Of a stretch of 64,000 nt of DNA, positions 33,016-45,237 are shown one piece after another (position 1 is the stretch's first letter; every line of letters starts with the position of its first letter). Source of the stretch: Caecitellus pseudoparvulus (lineage: Eukaryota > Protista > Bigyra: Bicosoecida). Location of the stretch: the NCBI GenBank assembly GCA_965644315.1, contig CBFFRQ010000042.1:496001-560000 (forward strand), given 5' to 3'. The notes below the pieces were generated by a model. That model searched no databases and was not told the DNA's origin. It saw only the letters and a program-made list of their open reading frames with translations. Position numbers and translations under genes: made by a program.

Positions 33016-36000
33016 ATGGCAGGCTTGGACTTTGCTGCTGTGGATGCGGCCATGCAGGCGTTGGCCACCTCTGCCCCTGGCTCCCAGGAGGCTGGCTCCG
33101 TTGTCACTCAGGTGCTTGGTTCGTTGGTGCAGACCATCAAGGCTGCGAACCACTTCCCCACGGATGAGACGGGGGACCATGCCCTGTTCTCGAGCCACGC
33201 TGTTTTCCCGGAGGAGTCCAAGACCCAGGCGAACCAGCTCGTGGAGGTGCTGTCCGCCTTGGTGGATCAGGTACGGCGAACGCACACGAAACGCCACACA
33301 GCCCGTGGCAAGCGTTGGACCTTCTTCCCTGCTGTGCAGGTGACTCCTGGCGCCGGTAAGCGCGTAGTCACTGCTTTATTGGAAGATCCATCAGATCCCA
33401 GTGCGTTTGACGACCTGCGAGACGTTCTCGATATGCTGCTGGAAGGCATTGACGTGTGGCTGGACGAGGTGAGCTGGGCAGGCCACTGTGCCCCGCTTCA
33501 AGTGCGCTCCATGGCTTCATGCTTCCCCACACTACACAGGCCAAGGGTTCCACTGCAGAGCGCCAGGTGCATGCGCTGCTACAGCGGTCTAGTGGCGCCC
33601 CTGCCCAGCTGCCTCGCTCCGCCAGCAGCCGCCCACAGGACTCCTTCCCTGCCGGCTGGAAGCCTGACAACAGCCGGAGACCCTTCGTCCCCCGACTGCA
33701 GGCCAAGCACAACGCCATCGCCGCAGTGCCGACACTGAAACCGGTGGACGGCAGCCACGGCCCGCCCCCGCTGCACCTGCACCTATCCGCACCGCACCCA
33801 TACGGGCCTGAGCTAGCGGCATGGGAGGCTCCAGAGTGGCTGTTCACCCCGGCTGTCGAAGCGCCCTTTGTGTCCCCCTTCACCACCCCCTTCGCCTTCG
33901 TGGACACGCAGGAGGCGCTGCAGGAGCTGATGCAGCACCTGGAGTCCCCTGGCGTTCGGGAGGTAGCCATCGACCTGGAGCACCACTCCATGCACAGCTA
34001 CCAGGGCCTGACATGCCTCGTGCAGATCAGCACACGCAAGAAGAACTTTGTGGTGGATGCACTGGCCCTATGGCCCCACCTGCACGTGCTGAACCGCGTA
34101 ACTACCGACCCCCAAGTGCTGAAGGTGCTGCATGGCTGTCGCCAGGACGTCCTTTGGCTGCAACGGGACTTCGGTGTGTACCTCGTGGGCGTTCTGGACA
34201 CTGGTGCCGCAGCCAAGGAGCTGGATGCGCCTGCACGTAGCCTCGCGTACCTCCTGCGCACGTATGCTGGCGTGGAGGCTGCCAAGCAGCACCAGATGGC
34301 AGACTGGCGCGTGCGAGACCTGCCTGACGAACTCATCGCCTATGCCCGTGATGACACACACTACCTGCTCGGCATTGCTGACCGCCTGCGCAATGAGCTG
34401 CTGCAAGCTGCGCCGGTGTGCAACCCGGACGGCAGCCCTGGACACCAGCACGGCCGCCTCCTGCGGGTGCTGTCAGCATCCTCCGCCCTTGCCGCTCAAG
34501 CGTATGAGAAGGACCGCATGGACGAGGCCGCCAGTACCCGCCTGGCTCGCAAGGTGCTGGGGGGTGGGGCTTCAGCCTGTACTATGCGGGTGTTCCATGC
34601 CTTGGCTGAGTGGCGGGACCGCACGGCGCGAGGGCTGGACGTGTCCCCTCACGTCGTGCTGCCCCGCCGCACCCTGGCCAAGCTGGCTCGCAGCCCTCCC
34701 GACTCAGTTGCAGCACTGCTGCGTGCATGCAGGCCGGTGCCGGCAGCCATCCAGCAAGCCTCAGAAACTGTGCAGTGCATCATCGCAGACAGCGTCGCGG
34801 GCAGGTACAGCATCCCCTGGCATGACGCAGTGCTGCCTCCAGCCGGGCATGGGGATGCGCCTCGTGTGTTTGACGGTACGTGGAGTGCGTGGAGCAAGGG
34901 CATCCCCCTCATTCCTCGAGAGGGCGCCAGCGATGCTGAGGCAGCGGTGTTGAAGAGTGGTGGCACTCCTATCGAGGCGCCACCAGGCGCTGCCTTGCAG
35001 TCCACAGCTGTGCAAGCAGCCGGGGAGGGGCACCATCCTGTGCGCGTACCGGAGGGTGGTGATGATGAGCAGCTTGCCCGGCCAGCCAGTGCCACTTCCG
35101 GGGGGGCACCGCTGGATCAAGACAAGGGGGCGCTGCCACCCTTCCATCTACACCCTTCCCTCGGGGAGGTGGGTGTGGCGCCGGAGCCTTGCACTGGCTT
35201 CCTAGCAGGGCACTTCGTGGGCATTTCGCAGGATGTGCTGGTGACGGCGGAGCTGCCTCAGGGCGAGGCCCACGACGTGTCTGGCGCGGGGCCTGTGGGG
35301 CAAGTGCACGCCGTGCTGCCTCAGGCCTGGGTCCGCAAGGTGCAAGCTGGCGTGGGACCCCATCTCCCTGGGGCAAGCCCTGCCCTGCCCCGTGTGCTCA
35401 CGCACTCCCTGGCGACACCTGATGGCCCGACTACAGCCTCCACCACGGCTGCTGAGATCGCTGCCGGGCTGGAGGGCAAGTACTTGCACCAGCTCCTCCC
35501 AGCAGCTGCGCCACCGCGCCAGGCTGAAGCAAGCGGTGTGGTTGCCACGCCGGGAGCCGGCGCACAGGTTCAAGCCCAGGCACAGGAAAGCAAGCATGAG
35601 GAAGGAGGAGGCGTTCAGTCTCTGCCAAAGTCCCTCGCAGAGGTGTACGACTTGTCCATGTCCAGCCGCAAGCGCCACAAGTCCAAACACCGCCGCTCCG
35701 CTGCTGCCCAGCCCGCGCCGGGGGACACTCCAGCTGCGGCAGGCATGCCAGCAGCTGAGCGCCAAGCCCTCGTTGATTCCGTTCACGCCCAAAGCTCCAA
35801 GGACATGACGAGTGACGCGCACTTTCTGGCGGCACTTGGCTGGGGCGATGCCCAGGCAGCGGAAGCGGCTGTTCCCCGCTCTGAGGCACCTCACATTGCC
35901 AAGGCCAGCCGGGCCGCAACCCGAAAGCTGCTGGGGACATCCAAGGCGGCAGGAGCTGGAGGTAGTGGCACGGCCATGAATGCCCGTGGGATTGGGCAGG

Positions 36001-36206
36001 TTGGGCAGCAGACTCTGGCAAGCATCAAGCCCGGCGCGACTTCCATCGCAGACATTTCTAGGGCGCAGGGCAAGCGCCGCAAGGGACGCAAGGCTGGAGG
36101 GTCCAGGACAGTCAAGGCCGCGAGCAGCAGCACCGCTTCCAGTAAAGGCCATGCTGGTGGCAAATCGCGCTCCAAGACAGCCATGGGAGCCTTGCTGCGG
36201 GACTGA
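33016..36206 (+). CDS. RRP6: Exosome component 10 / RRP6 3'-5' exonuclease (3 exons)
   Basis: PMC2NT-like N-terminus; PHPYGPE, AIDLEHHSMHSYQGLTCLVQIST, KVLHG..QDVLWLQRDFG, QMADWRVR and YARDDTHYLL; HRDC WRDRTAR..DVSPHVVLP. Introns 33271..33339 and 33469..33539. Confidence 0.93.
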
Positions 36207-36442
36207 ATGCACGGCTTGCCTGGGAGGTGGGGGGCAGCGTCATTTTCCGCAGGGGGGGGCATCCCTTGCATTCCCCACCTCCACACACATTCCACAGCTT
36301 TCCCTGCCCGTGCTGACACACCCACGTGTCAGTTTGCTGCCCTTCCACAGACTTAGCAGGCTCCTGCCTTGCCTGTCCTCGCGCCCCCGCTGCTCCGGGT
36401 TGCAGTGACTCACGCTCACGTTCTGCACGGCAGAAAAGCACC

Positions 36443-39276
36443 ATGAGAACCATCGCCACGGCGCTGCTGGCCGCAGCAACATGGACTGCAGGTGAGTGTT
36501 GTTCGCTTCTGTGGCTGATTTCGCCCTGAAGCCCCTGCAAGGCTCGGGAAGTGCGAAGGCGCGAACGAGAACTCGCGCGGAAACGCACGTTTCCCTTTCC
36601 CCATGCACGGCCTCCTTGCCCCCACGTCTCTCGCAGCGTCCGCATATGACATGACCAGCTGTGTAGACATGCCAGCTTCCCTGTCCTTGACTGTGGGAGA
36701 CAGCATGTCATGCGTCAAGTGGACCGTGGAGAACGGCAAGCAATCCGCCGTGCCCATCTCTGTTCCTGACGAAGTTGTCACCGCTACCCAAGGACTTTAC
36801 GTGCTTGAGGTGAGTTTCTAGTTCATGGGCCCGTGTTCCAGTCTGGAGCAAGGGCCATGCATCGCTTGGTGTGGCGCGGCCCTCACTCCCCAACTTCCTT
36901 CCCCCGCAGGTGTTCGTGTACAACCTGAAAGCGAAGAAGAACGACCCCACTAAGCCCTCCTGGGTATTTAGCACTCCCTCCATCCCCATTGACATCATCG
37001 GAAACCCTCCTGCAGGCGGCAACTTCAACCTAGACGGGGTGGACCCCACTAACGCCTCAGAGCCGCTGACTTACGGCTCGGCAGTGTTCTCCAATGTCAT
37101 TATGGGAGAGAAGAAACTTAACAATATTAACACCCCCATTGTCTATGGATACTCGGGTGCGGTTGGGCGCTTCCAGGGCTCCATGTACCTCATCGGGCAC
37201 GGCAAGCAGGCCGGCTTCTTCCCCTTTGCCGGGGAGAACATGCAGACGGCCATTTTCTACCGTCTTCTGAACACCAACAACCCTGCCCCAGCTCAGTCTT
37301 TCCCTACCGCGTCCACAGCCAAGTGGGACAAGACCCCCATGCTGTCTGTCGGCACCCCCCAGACTGTAAAGGACGCACTGCTGCCAGGTGGCTCAGTGCA
37401 GTTCAAGATCAACCACGATTTTGTCAAGTACGGATACTCCATTCAGAAGCTGGGCCTGAAGGTTTCCTTCAACGTTGGCACCAGCACCCCCTCACTCATG
37501 AAGGGCAACACTACCTGGGGCGTCTCACTGCCCAGTGGCTGGTCTAGCCCTGGCCTTGCCTCCGTGCCTACCCAGGCGGACACCAAAGTCATCACCATCT
37601 CCGGCACATCTGGCTCCACCACCATCAAGCAGCCTTGGCAGAAGGTCACCAACTACCAGGACTCCTCTATTACCCGCACTTGGACTGGGCTGGTGGATGC
37701 TAGCTCCACCAGCAGTGCTGCCGCTAGCGGCTCGCTGGGTGCTGTTACCGTAACCGCCACAGACCTGACAGGGCTCGCTGGCTCCAACATTGGTCTCGGG
37801 AACGGCTACGATTGGTCAGATGCCAGTCCTTTCTGGGACATCACAGCTGAGCTTGTGGTTGTGGAGGAGTACCCCACCCTGGGCTCTGTCTCGAACCTGG
37901 AGCTGAAGAACCGGCAGATCTCTGGCGAGCCCATCCCAGACATGAGCACGCCCCCTGCATATGCCATGTACATGGTCAAGGTCCCCCTCGGCACGTGGAG
38001 GATGCGCCCCACTTTCGCCAACGTTGTCAACTTGAACTCCTGGTCTGGCAACGTCGCCATGGGCACAACCTTTGAGCCATTCTGGGATGTGCAGCAAGCA
38101 TTCTCTGCCGGGATGAGCAGCTTCGCAGGCCAGTTCTCCAACAACGGTGCGATGGGGTCCTTCACCGGAGCCTCATACTACAACTTCGCCATGTCATCGT
38201 CCAACTTGGTGCAGAAGACCAAGTACTTCGTGGATACGAACCTGTGGGATGTCGGCACCAAGCGCCCAACATCCACGACAGGGCTGTCAAGCGCCACCGC
38301 GGTCGGAAGTCCGGCAACCGTCCTTCCTGGTCAATTCGACAACACGGCAAGCATTTTCTTCGTTCGCGTCGCCGTTGGCGGGGCTGTGTCTGGTTCCTCA
38401 ACGGTCGTCCCCGACCACATCTCCATCGGCCAGCTCGGCTTCACATATGACAGCTACGTCGCCGATTGCCAATCCTTCGTTGACTGCGTCAAGGATTCCA
38501 AGAAGTACACTGACGGCGCTGCAAAGAACTCAGCAAACCCTCAAGGGGCTCGCTTCAACAAGTGCCACTTCGTGCCTACCTTCATGCCAGGTGGCGAGGT
38601 TGCAGCTAAGACCCAGTGCGTCGAGTGCACCACCGGCAGCGACTGCGGCGCTGGCCAGTACTGCCACCTTGATAGCACCGAGGGCACCCGAAGCCCAGGT
38701 GGCTCTTACGACCAAGACCCTGACTCCTCCAAGCTCAACGGTGTCTGCGTCGCCAAGAACCTTGTGGACGTGCTGGGCAAGTTCTGCCAGACCGATGGCG
38801 TCTTCCAGGGCAGCGTGGATGACCCCACCATCGCCTCCAACTTCGGCAGCTGTGGAGAGTACCGCTTTTTCAACGGCTCCAAGGACTCCATTCAGACTAT
38901 GAACGACGCCAAGCAAGTTCGCGCGACGCTGTGGCAAGGCGTGTGCATCGACAACAAGTGCCGCGAGTGCGACGGAAGCTCCGGCGCGCAGGGTCAGATT
39001 TGCTTGAACGGCCGCACGTGGACTCGTCTGGACGTCGACGGCTCAGTCAACTCCTTCGCCCAGAACACTGTGGCTGGCACTGAGCTCGGCACCACCGCAA
39101 TGATCATTCTGCTCATGATCTTCTTCTGCATTCACATGTACGCAGAGAACAACAAGTACAAGCTGTCCAAGGGCATGGGCCCCCTCACTTGCTGCGAAGT
39201 CCTCTGCTGCTGCGGCACTTGCGCCTTCAACAAGGGCCCACAGGGCAGCGCCACTGAGAACCCCATCAAGGCCTGA
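36443..39276 (+). CDS. Type I cell-surface protein with juxtamembrane Cys-rich domain (paralog A, 3 exons)
   Basis: Signal peptide MRTIATALLAAATWTAASA; introns 36492..36636 and 36810..36909; beta-rich ectodomain; CVECTTGSDCGAGQYC...CGEYRFFN...LWQGVCIDNKCREC..ICLNGR; TM TAMIILLMIFFCIHMY; Cys-rich tail. Confidence 0.85.
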
Positions 39277-39360
39277 TGCCGCTCGGCTCACCCTCGGCTT
39301 CCTTGCGAGTCGAGCGTCTTGGATGTGCGTGACAAGACTGCAATGCAGTGTGCAATGCAT

Positions 39361-40967
39361 TCAAGGGGCCCCAGACTGGGCTTGCTCTGGCTCAGGGAGC
39401 GGTGGCGGCGGTTCGGTCGTGTCATGGTCTTGGTCGTGGTCGCCGTCAAAGTGCTCACCCTCAGCAGCGACGCCCTGCCCACCCTGGAGCAGCGTCGGGC
39501 GGGTGTCAGGGTCCAGCTTCCGTGTGTCATCGTCTTCGTCAAGAATGGCCCAGTCAGGAGGGACAGCCTGGAACTGGACTGACGGCGCAGCATCCACTGC
39601 TTTCAGGTTCTCCAGGATTGCCACCAGGTGCCGGTGCAAGTAGGCAGGGGAATTCAAGTTGCTCATGTCGTCGCTGGCGTGCAGGTGCAGCTGGTAGTCT
39701 GGGCGGTAAAACTCAATGTAGTCGTTGGGGGGGATGGCATCTGGGAGCTCCCTGCCCAGCAGGACGCTGGTCTCAAACGCCCAGCACCGCGCCACGTTGC
39801 GGATGGTGTACCCGCCGCCGCCCAGCACCAGCGTGGGCAGGCCAAAGCTCTGCACGTAGGACACGCACTGAGCGTGACCTCGCAGGGTCAGGTTGAAGCA
39901 GCCCAGGCGGTCCCCCGTCAGGCTGTCAGCGCCACACTGCAGCACCACAGCCGTGGGGCGGTACGTCTCCATGATCTTCGCGATGACAGGCTTGAACACT
40001 GACTGGTACGCCTCGTCCGTCACACCCTCTTGCAGGGGGAAGTTCACAGAGTAGCCCTTCCCTGGGCCGTGCCCGATGTCCCTGACGTCCCCGGTGCCGG
40101 GGAAGAAGTCGCCGTACTTGTGGAAGGAGCACGTCATGACGCGGTCAGTGGTGTAGAACGCCTCCTCCACGCCGTCGCCGTGGTGGATGTCGATGTCGAT
40201 GTACAGCACACGAGGGTGATACTTCAGCAGCTCCAGAATGGCCAGGACGATGTCGTTCACGTAGCAGAAACCCGAGGCTTCGCTCTTCTTGGCGTGGTGC
40301 AGCCCGCCGCTCCAATTGATGGCTACGTCCGTGTGCTCGTGGTTCAGGCGCACCGCACCGTCAATGCTGGCGCCAGTGTAGATGCGGCAGAAGTCGTACA
40401 AGCCGTCAAAGACAGGACAATCCGTGTACTCTCCCAGCGCGACTGCTCAGGGAAGGAGAGAGAGGCGTGCGGTACGTGGCTGAGAGGTGGGCAAGGCCAG
40501 CTGCACTCACACTCTTGCAAGGCTTGCCCGAAGTCCCGCGCATTGTCGGGCGACACCCGCCTCAGAAAGTCAATATACTCTTCCGAGTGGAACTGGGTCA
40601 TTTCCTCCGCTGTCGCGAGGTGTGGGCGCTGCGCAGGGCAGCAGTGCGGAAGTTCAAAGCAACTGCGGAATTGGGCGACGCTCAGCAGATTGGCCGAACC
40701 TACGTAGACCGTAAGGTGCTTGTACAGGTCGAAGGAGAGCAGGAGATGGTGTGTCAACTTCAGCCGGTGAGGCTTCATGGGGTGGCCTGGGCCGTAGTAG
40801 TAGTGCCCCACGTCGCCCTGGTAAAAGTACGACACACGGCGCTTCCGTGGGCCAGCCAGGGCAGCCTGGCCACCTCCGCTCAGGACCTCATGCCCAGACG
40901 GCAGCTGCTCCACAGCAGTCTCTCCGTCGGCTTCCCCCGCGGCAGTTTCGTGGGAACAGGCCGCCAT
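39361..40967 (-). CDS. Class I histone deacetylase, RPD3 family, HDAC3/HDA9-like (3 exons)
   Basis: [76 protein letters not shown] and GGGGYT. Confidence 0.95.
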
Positions 40968-41300
40968 GCCCCCGCTGCGAGTGCGCACCTCGGCGTTGAG
41001 GGCATGCTCGAGAATCAAGTTTGAGGGTGAGCATGGATTTGACTGGAGCGCGTGAGTGCGGCGCAGCACGGCGTGATGTAGGGCCACTTCAAGTGCACCA
41101 GCAGGGGGCCGTACGAAAAGGAAGTGTCAAGCATTCAGAGCCCCTTCGTCGACGCATGCCCAGTGGAGCCTGACTTGGAGCGAAATCTGAAGCCACAGCA
41201 GTAACGCGCACCTGACCACCTCGGCAACCGGGAGCAAAGCAACACCGCAGCAAACCAGGCAACAAGCAGAGGCCCAAGTCAGCGTGACAGGGGTGGCTTC

Positions 41301-41672
41301 CTAGCGCTCAGAGACCGGGCGGTTCGGGGCACTGTCTCGCTGCTGCGCATCGCCTTGAGCAGCAGCTCGGTGCTCGTCCACTTCAGCCTCATAGGCCTTG
41401 AGGGCCGCTGAAGCCTTGTGATTTTCTGACACCTCCTTCAGTCCAGGAGCGTAGATGTAGTAGCCTGTGCGGCATGGGAGGGGCTGCGAGTGAGCAGCTG
41501 GGTGTGGGCCAGCACGGCGACAGCCTTGGGCTTGCGCACCGGACACGACTCCAGCCAGGATGACGAGCAGCGCTTCCCCTTTGAGCCTCTTCGGGGCGCG
41601 TTTCATGTCCGCTGCGCTGAATGCGTTCAAGTTGCGCACTGTGTGCGCAGATTTTGACACCCGAGCCCCCAT
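41301..41672 (-). CDS. Single-TM microprotein, PIGBOS1-like pattern (2 exons)
   Basis: MGARVSKS...EALLVILAGVVS|GYYIYAPGLKE... joined by a GT-AG intron of about 75 nt; G-x-YI-x-x-P after the TM, then a charged helix. Confidence 0.5.
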   Translation of the reverse strand: MGARVSKSAHTVRNLNAFSAADMKRAPKRLKGEALLVILAGVVSGAQAQGCRRAGPHPAAHSQPLPCRTGYYIYAPGLKEVSENHKASAALKAYEAEVDEHRAAAQGDAQQRDSAPNRPVSER

Positions 41673-41874
41673 CGTGCTGCGGTAATTGGCCCAGCAGCTG
41701 CTGAGGCTGGATGCTTGACAGGCGTGATTGGGGAGTGCAGCAACAAGGAATGGGCACTTTTTGGGTGCACTATTTCTTCTGTGCATTGTTTTGGGAAAGG
41801 ACACAGTGCCTGTGCAGCGGCGAGCAGGTGCAGGGAGGAAAGGGCAGGAGAAGGCGCTCTGGCCAAGCGGCGGC

Positions 41875-43702
41875 TCACAACCCTGCTTGCACAGCAGCGT
41901 CACAAGCTGAAGCCATGGCAGAGGCGTCCAGTAGGTGCTCAAAGAAGAGAGCATCCTCAGGGAAGATGCTGCCGGCTGGCACGAAAGCCTCCCAGCCTTC
42001 ATGGGCGATGCGCGTGGAGGCCGAGAAATACTGCCACTCGCACCACGACTTCATGTCGGCAGCGCTGAAAGGGCCCTGCTGCTCGCCCTGCTCGTCCAGA
42101 TAAAACCACACTGCGGCGGAAGGGTCCTCCAAGCCTGCGGACTCGCCTGCCGCTGGCTGGACCGGGCTGCCAGCATGCTCTGGCTGCTCCTCGTCGGCCT
42201 CAGGCCCCACACCTGCCCCGTCCAACACCGCCTGCCACTCAGCAGGAGAGCCTGTCATGAACTCTTGCCCGGGGGGGAACAGGGCAGACACAGGCAGGTA
42301 GGCCTCCCAGTGCGGCTGCCTCACCTGCGTATCTCCCCCGAAGTACCCGAAGGCACACCATGCCTGCATGTCCGTACCACCGAAAGGGCCCTGCTCCTCG
42401 CCCTGCTCGTCCACGTAGCACCACTCCGATGCAGCGATGGCTGGGGGGACCACTGCTTCGTCTTCCCCTGCGGTGGCGGGCTCGTCGCCGCCTGCCTCGG
42501 CATGGGCAGCGCCCTCCTCCTCCCCCGCTTGCTCCTGCCCGCTTGCCTCCTCCGCCGGCACTTCCTCTTCGTCCGAGGCAGCAGCCGCTGCTGCCTGCTC
42601 TGCCTCGTACCTGTCCCAGTCCATCTCCTCTGCCTGAGCAATGACCTCCTCCAGCGTGCAGAAAGCATCCCAGCCAAAGTGCCCGATGAGCAGCTTCTTG
42701 TTCCAGAAGTACCCCGAGATCCACCAGCTGATCATGGACTTGCCTGCACAGCACAACGCCAGAGGCAAGGGGTGCAGGACAGTTGCGACGAGTAGAGCGC
42801 TGAGCAATGGGCGCGGCTGTGTCCCCCCTCACGCACCTGGGAAGGGCCCTTGCGTCTCGCCCTCTGCGTCGATGAAGAACCAGTTGTCACCCTGCTCGAA
42901 GTACCGCACCATGTTCTTCTCGTGCGCCTTGAGTTCCTCTGGCAGCAGCTGGTTCTCATCCACCTCCTCCAAGATGTTGCCGATGGCTTCCGGCTCGGCA
43001 CCCAGCTCCTCGGCGGCTGCCAGCGCCTCTGCAGGCAGGAAGGCAGTCTTGGAGTCTGGGAACGCGTCGTCCAGCAGCCTCCACGGAGACCCCTCCGTCT
43101 TTGGTCGCACTAGCAGACGGGCATTCTTGAAGTAGCCTGCAGGCGCCAGGGCACGCGAGAGTGGAGCGGTGACGCCCAGCACGGCTGCTTCGTAACGCCA
43201 GGGCAGCTGCGAAGGTGCCCATGGCATCCCAGGCGCGGCGAGGCGCGGGAAAGGCTACGAAGTGCACGCATGAAGCCTGTCCTGCGTAATGAGCCCTCCC
43301 CACCCGATAATGCGGGTGTACTGCGTCGCCCCACACAGTGAGCAGATCGAAGCCGCCTGCTGATGCCTTGCGTTTCACTGTGCAACACCGCCGACGCTCA
43401 ACACCCACCTGCCTCGTGCCAATGGCGCATCTGCTCCCATGAGAATGGGCCCTCCACCTTTGCATAGTACCAAAGTGTGCTGTCCAGCTGCTCTTTGTCT
43501 TCAGTGCTTCCACCAGAGGTGTCTGAGAAGGGAAAGTCTTCAGCACGTGGGGCGGCTGGAAGGGAAGCACGCCTCCGCGCGGGCACCTACGCAGGCTTCG
43601 CCCCAAGAAGCAGTTCGCGCAGAGTGTCTTGCGCCATTGGTTCGGGACGAAGTTGTCACATGCTTTGACCGAGTCGTCCCTGAACGCCCAGTCAGAATCC
43701 AT
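41875..43702 (-). CDS. Multi-GYF-domain protein with N-terminal C3H zinc-finger-like motif
   Basis: Four GYF-like units: WYYAKVEGPFSWEQMRHWHEAG|YF, WFFIDAEGETQGPFP|GKSMISWWISGYF, WCYVDEQGEEQGPF..WCAFGYF and WFYLDEQGEQQGPF..WCEWQYF. Introns 43523..43590, 43137..43408 and about 42745..42836. Confidence 0.85.
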
Positions 43703-43919
43703 TGCGCTCCGTTGCAGCGGCAGGTGCGCCTTGCTCAACCGTTGCCCGTGGCTGGTGCAGCACGCTGGTGGGCGCCTGCCTCACGATTCACCCAGCGCGC
43801 AGGCTTGAGGAGTAGCGGGCATCAGTTGCAGAGCACTGGAGCACGCACCAAGCAGATGGGGTCAGCAGGGAATGTGTGCCGGGTAGCGCCGTGCAGTGCG
43901 TGCCTCCTGCTCCTGCGCC

Positions 43920-45167
43920 TCACTCAGGCAGCTTCACGGCAGAGTCCGCCAGGGAGGGGAACACACTGAGGACCTTGGACAAGATGTAAGCGCCGTACTG
44001 AATGGCCACGGTCCGGTCCCCTGCCCTGTACGCGTCCACAGCTGCCTGGGCCGCCTCAGGCGTGCGCGCCACGACACCGCCACCCTCTGCCCCGCCTTCC
44101 GCGCCGGGCGCACCCTCAAACGCATGCACCAGCGGCCGCACGATGCAATCGAAAGAAGGGTCGAAGAAAAATGGCGCAGAGAGCCGCCCCCGGGTGCCCG
44201 TGTGCCGCACCCTGTGCGGCGTCGCCACGAACCGGCCGCATGACCACAGCTCCGCCATGTCCCCCACATTCACGACGTACGCCCCGGGGATGAGCGGCAC
44301 GGGCAGCCACGCCTCTTGCCCGCGCACCTTCACCTCCAGCCCCTCGTCGTCCATGGCCAGGATGGTGAGCACGCCGTAGTCGGTGTGCTCCTGCACGCCA
44401 AAGCGCGGCTGACCGTCCTCCTCGTCCACACCCACCGTGTCCGGCGGGTAGTGGAACAGGCGGAAGGGCGTGAAGGGCTCCGACGTGAACTGGTCGTGGA
44501 AAAAGTCCCGCTGCATGCCCAAGGCCAGCGCCATGCCGCCCATGACTGCTTGGCCCAGGCGAGTCATGCCTGCCATGTACGCCAGCACAGCATCCTTCAG
44601 CTCCGGCTGGTCTGCCGGCCATTGGTTTGGCCCGTGCATGGGCACCCCTGCCTGCACTGCTGGGTGGTCTGCCAGCAGCTCTCGCTCGAAGTACAGGCCC
44701 TCCTTCCAGTCTGCAGGCAGGCGTGGGAGAGGCATGTTGAAAGCATGGCGATTGGCCGATGCTGGAGGCAGTCGAACCTTTGCGCCCGCGGGTCAGCTCG
44801 CCTCCCAGGGCGAACCAGCCTCGGAATACCTTGCTATTCTCCATGTGAATGGTCTGTTTCTCCTCCTCCGGCTTGTCAAAGAACTGCACATGCGCATGCC
44901 GTGGCTGGGTGTTTACTGCTCCGCTGGCGGAGCGAATTCCGCAAGGCGCACCTTGTGCCCTTGCACGAACAACGCCTCACGTAGCTCAGGCGCAACCGCT
45001 GCCTCTGTGCCCGTGATTGAAAAGAAGCCTATGGTTTCACATGCCTTGCCGATTGCCTCCGCGACGGCCTGCACATGCTCCCCTTGGGCGTCTGGCTGCA
45101 ACAGCGGGCCAACATCAATCACAGGAATGGAGGCCGGCGCGCCGCCGGGCTGCTCCTGAGACGCCAT
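43920..45167 (-). CDS. 2-oxoglutarate/Fe(II)-dependent oxygenase, IPNS-like (3 exons)
   Basis: DIOX_N IPVIDV...ACETIGFF; DWKEG; GPNQWP; HTDYG.LTIL, NVGDM, ATPHRV and RLSAPFF. Confidence 0.92.
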
Positions 45168-45237
45168 GCTGCGAAGAGGCAAAGAGACGAGGCAAGCAGC
45201 ACAGGGCGTCGTGAAGCATGCCGAACACCGTGAATTG

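Noticed and set aside
36443-39276. Surface protein as a mastigoneme (Sig/Ocm) protein or HAP2 fusogen
   Set aside because: The cysteine pattern lacks repeated EGF-like units and HAP2 motifs as far as can be judged by eye.
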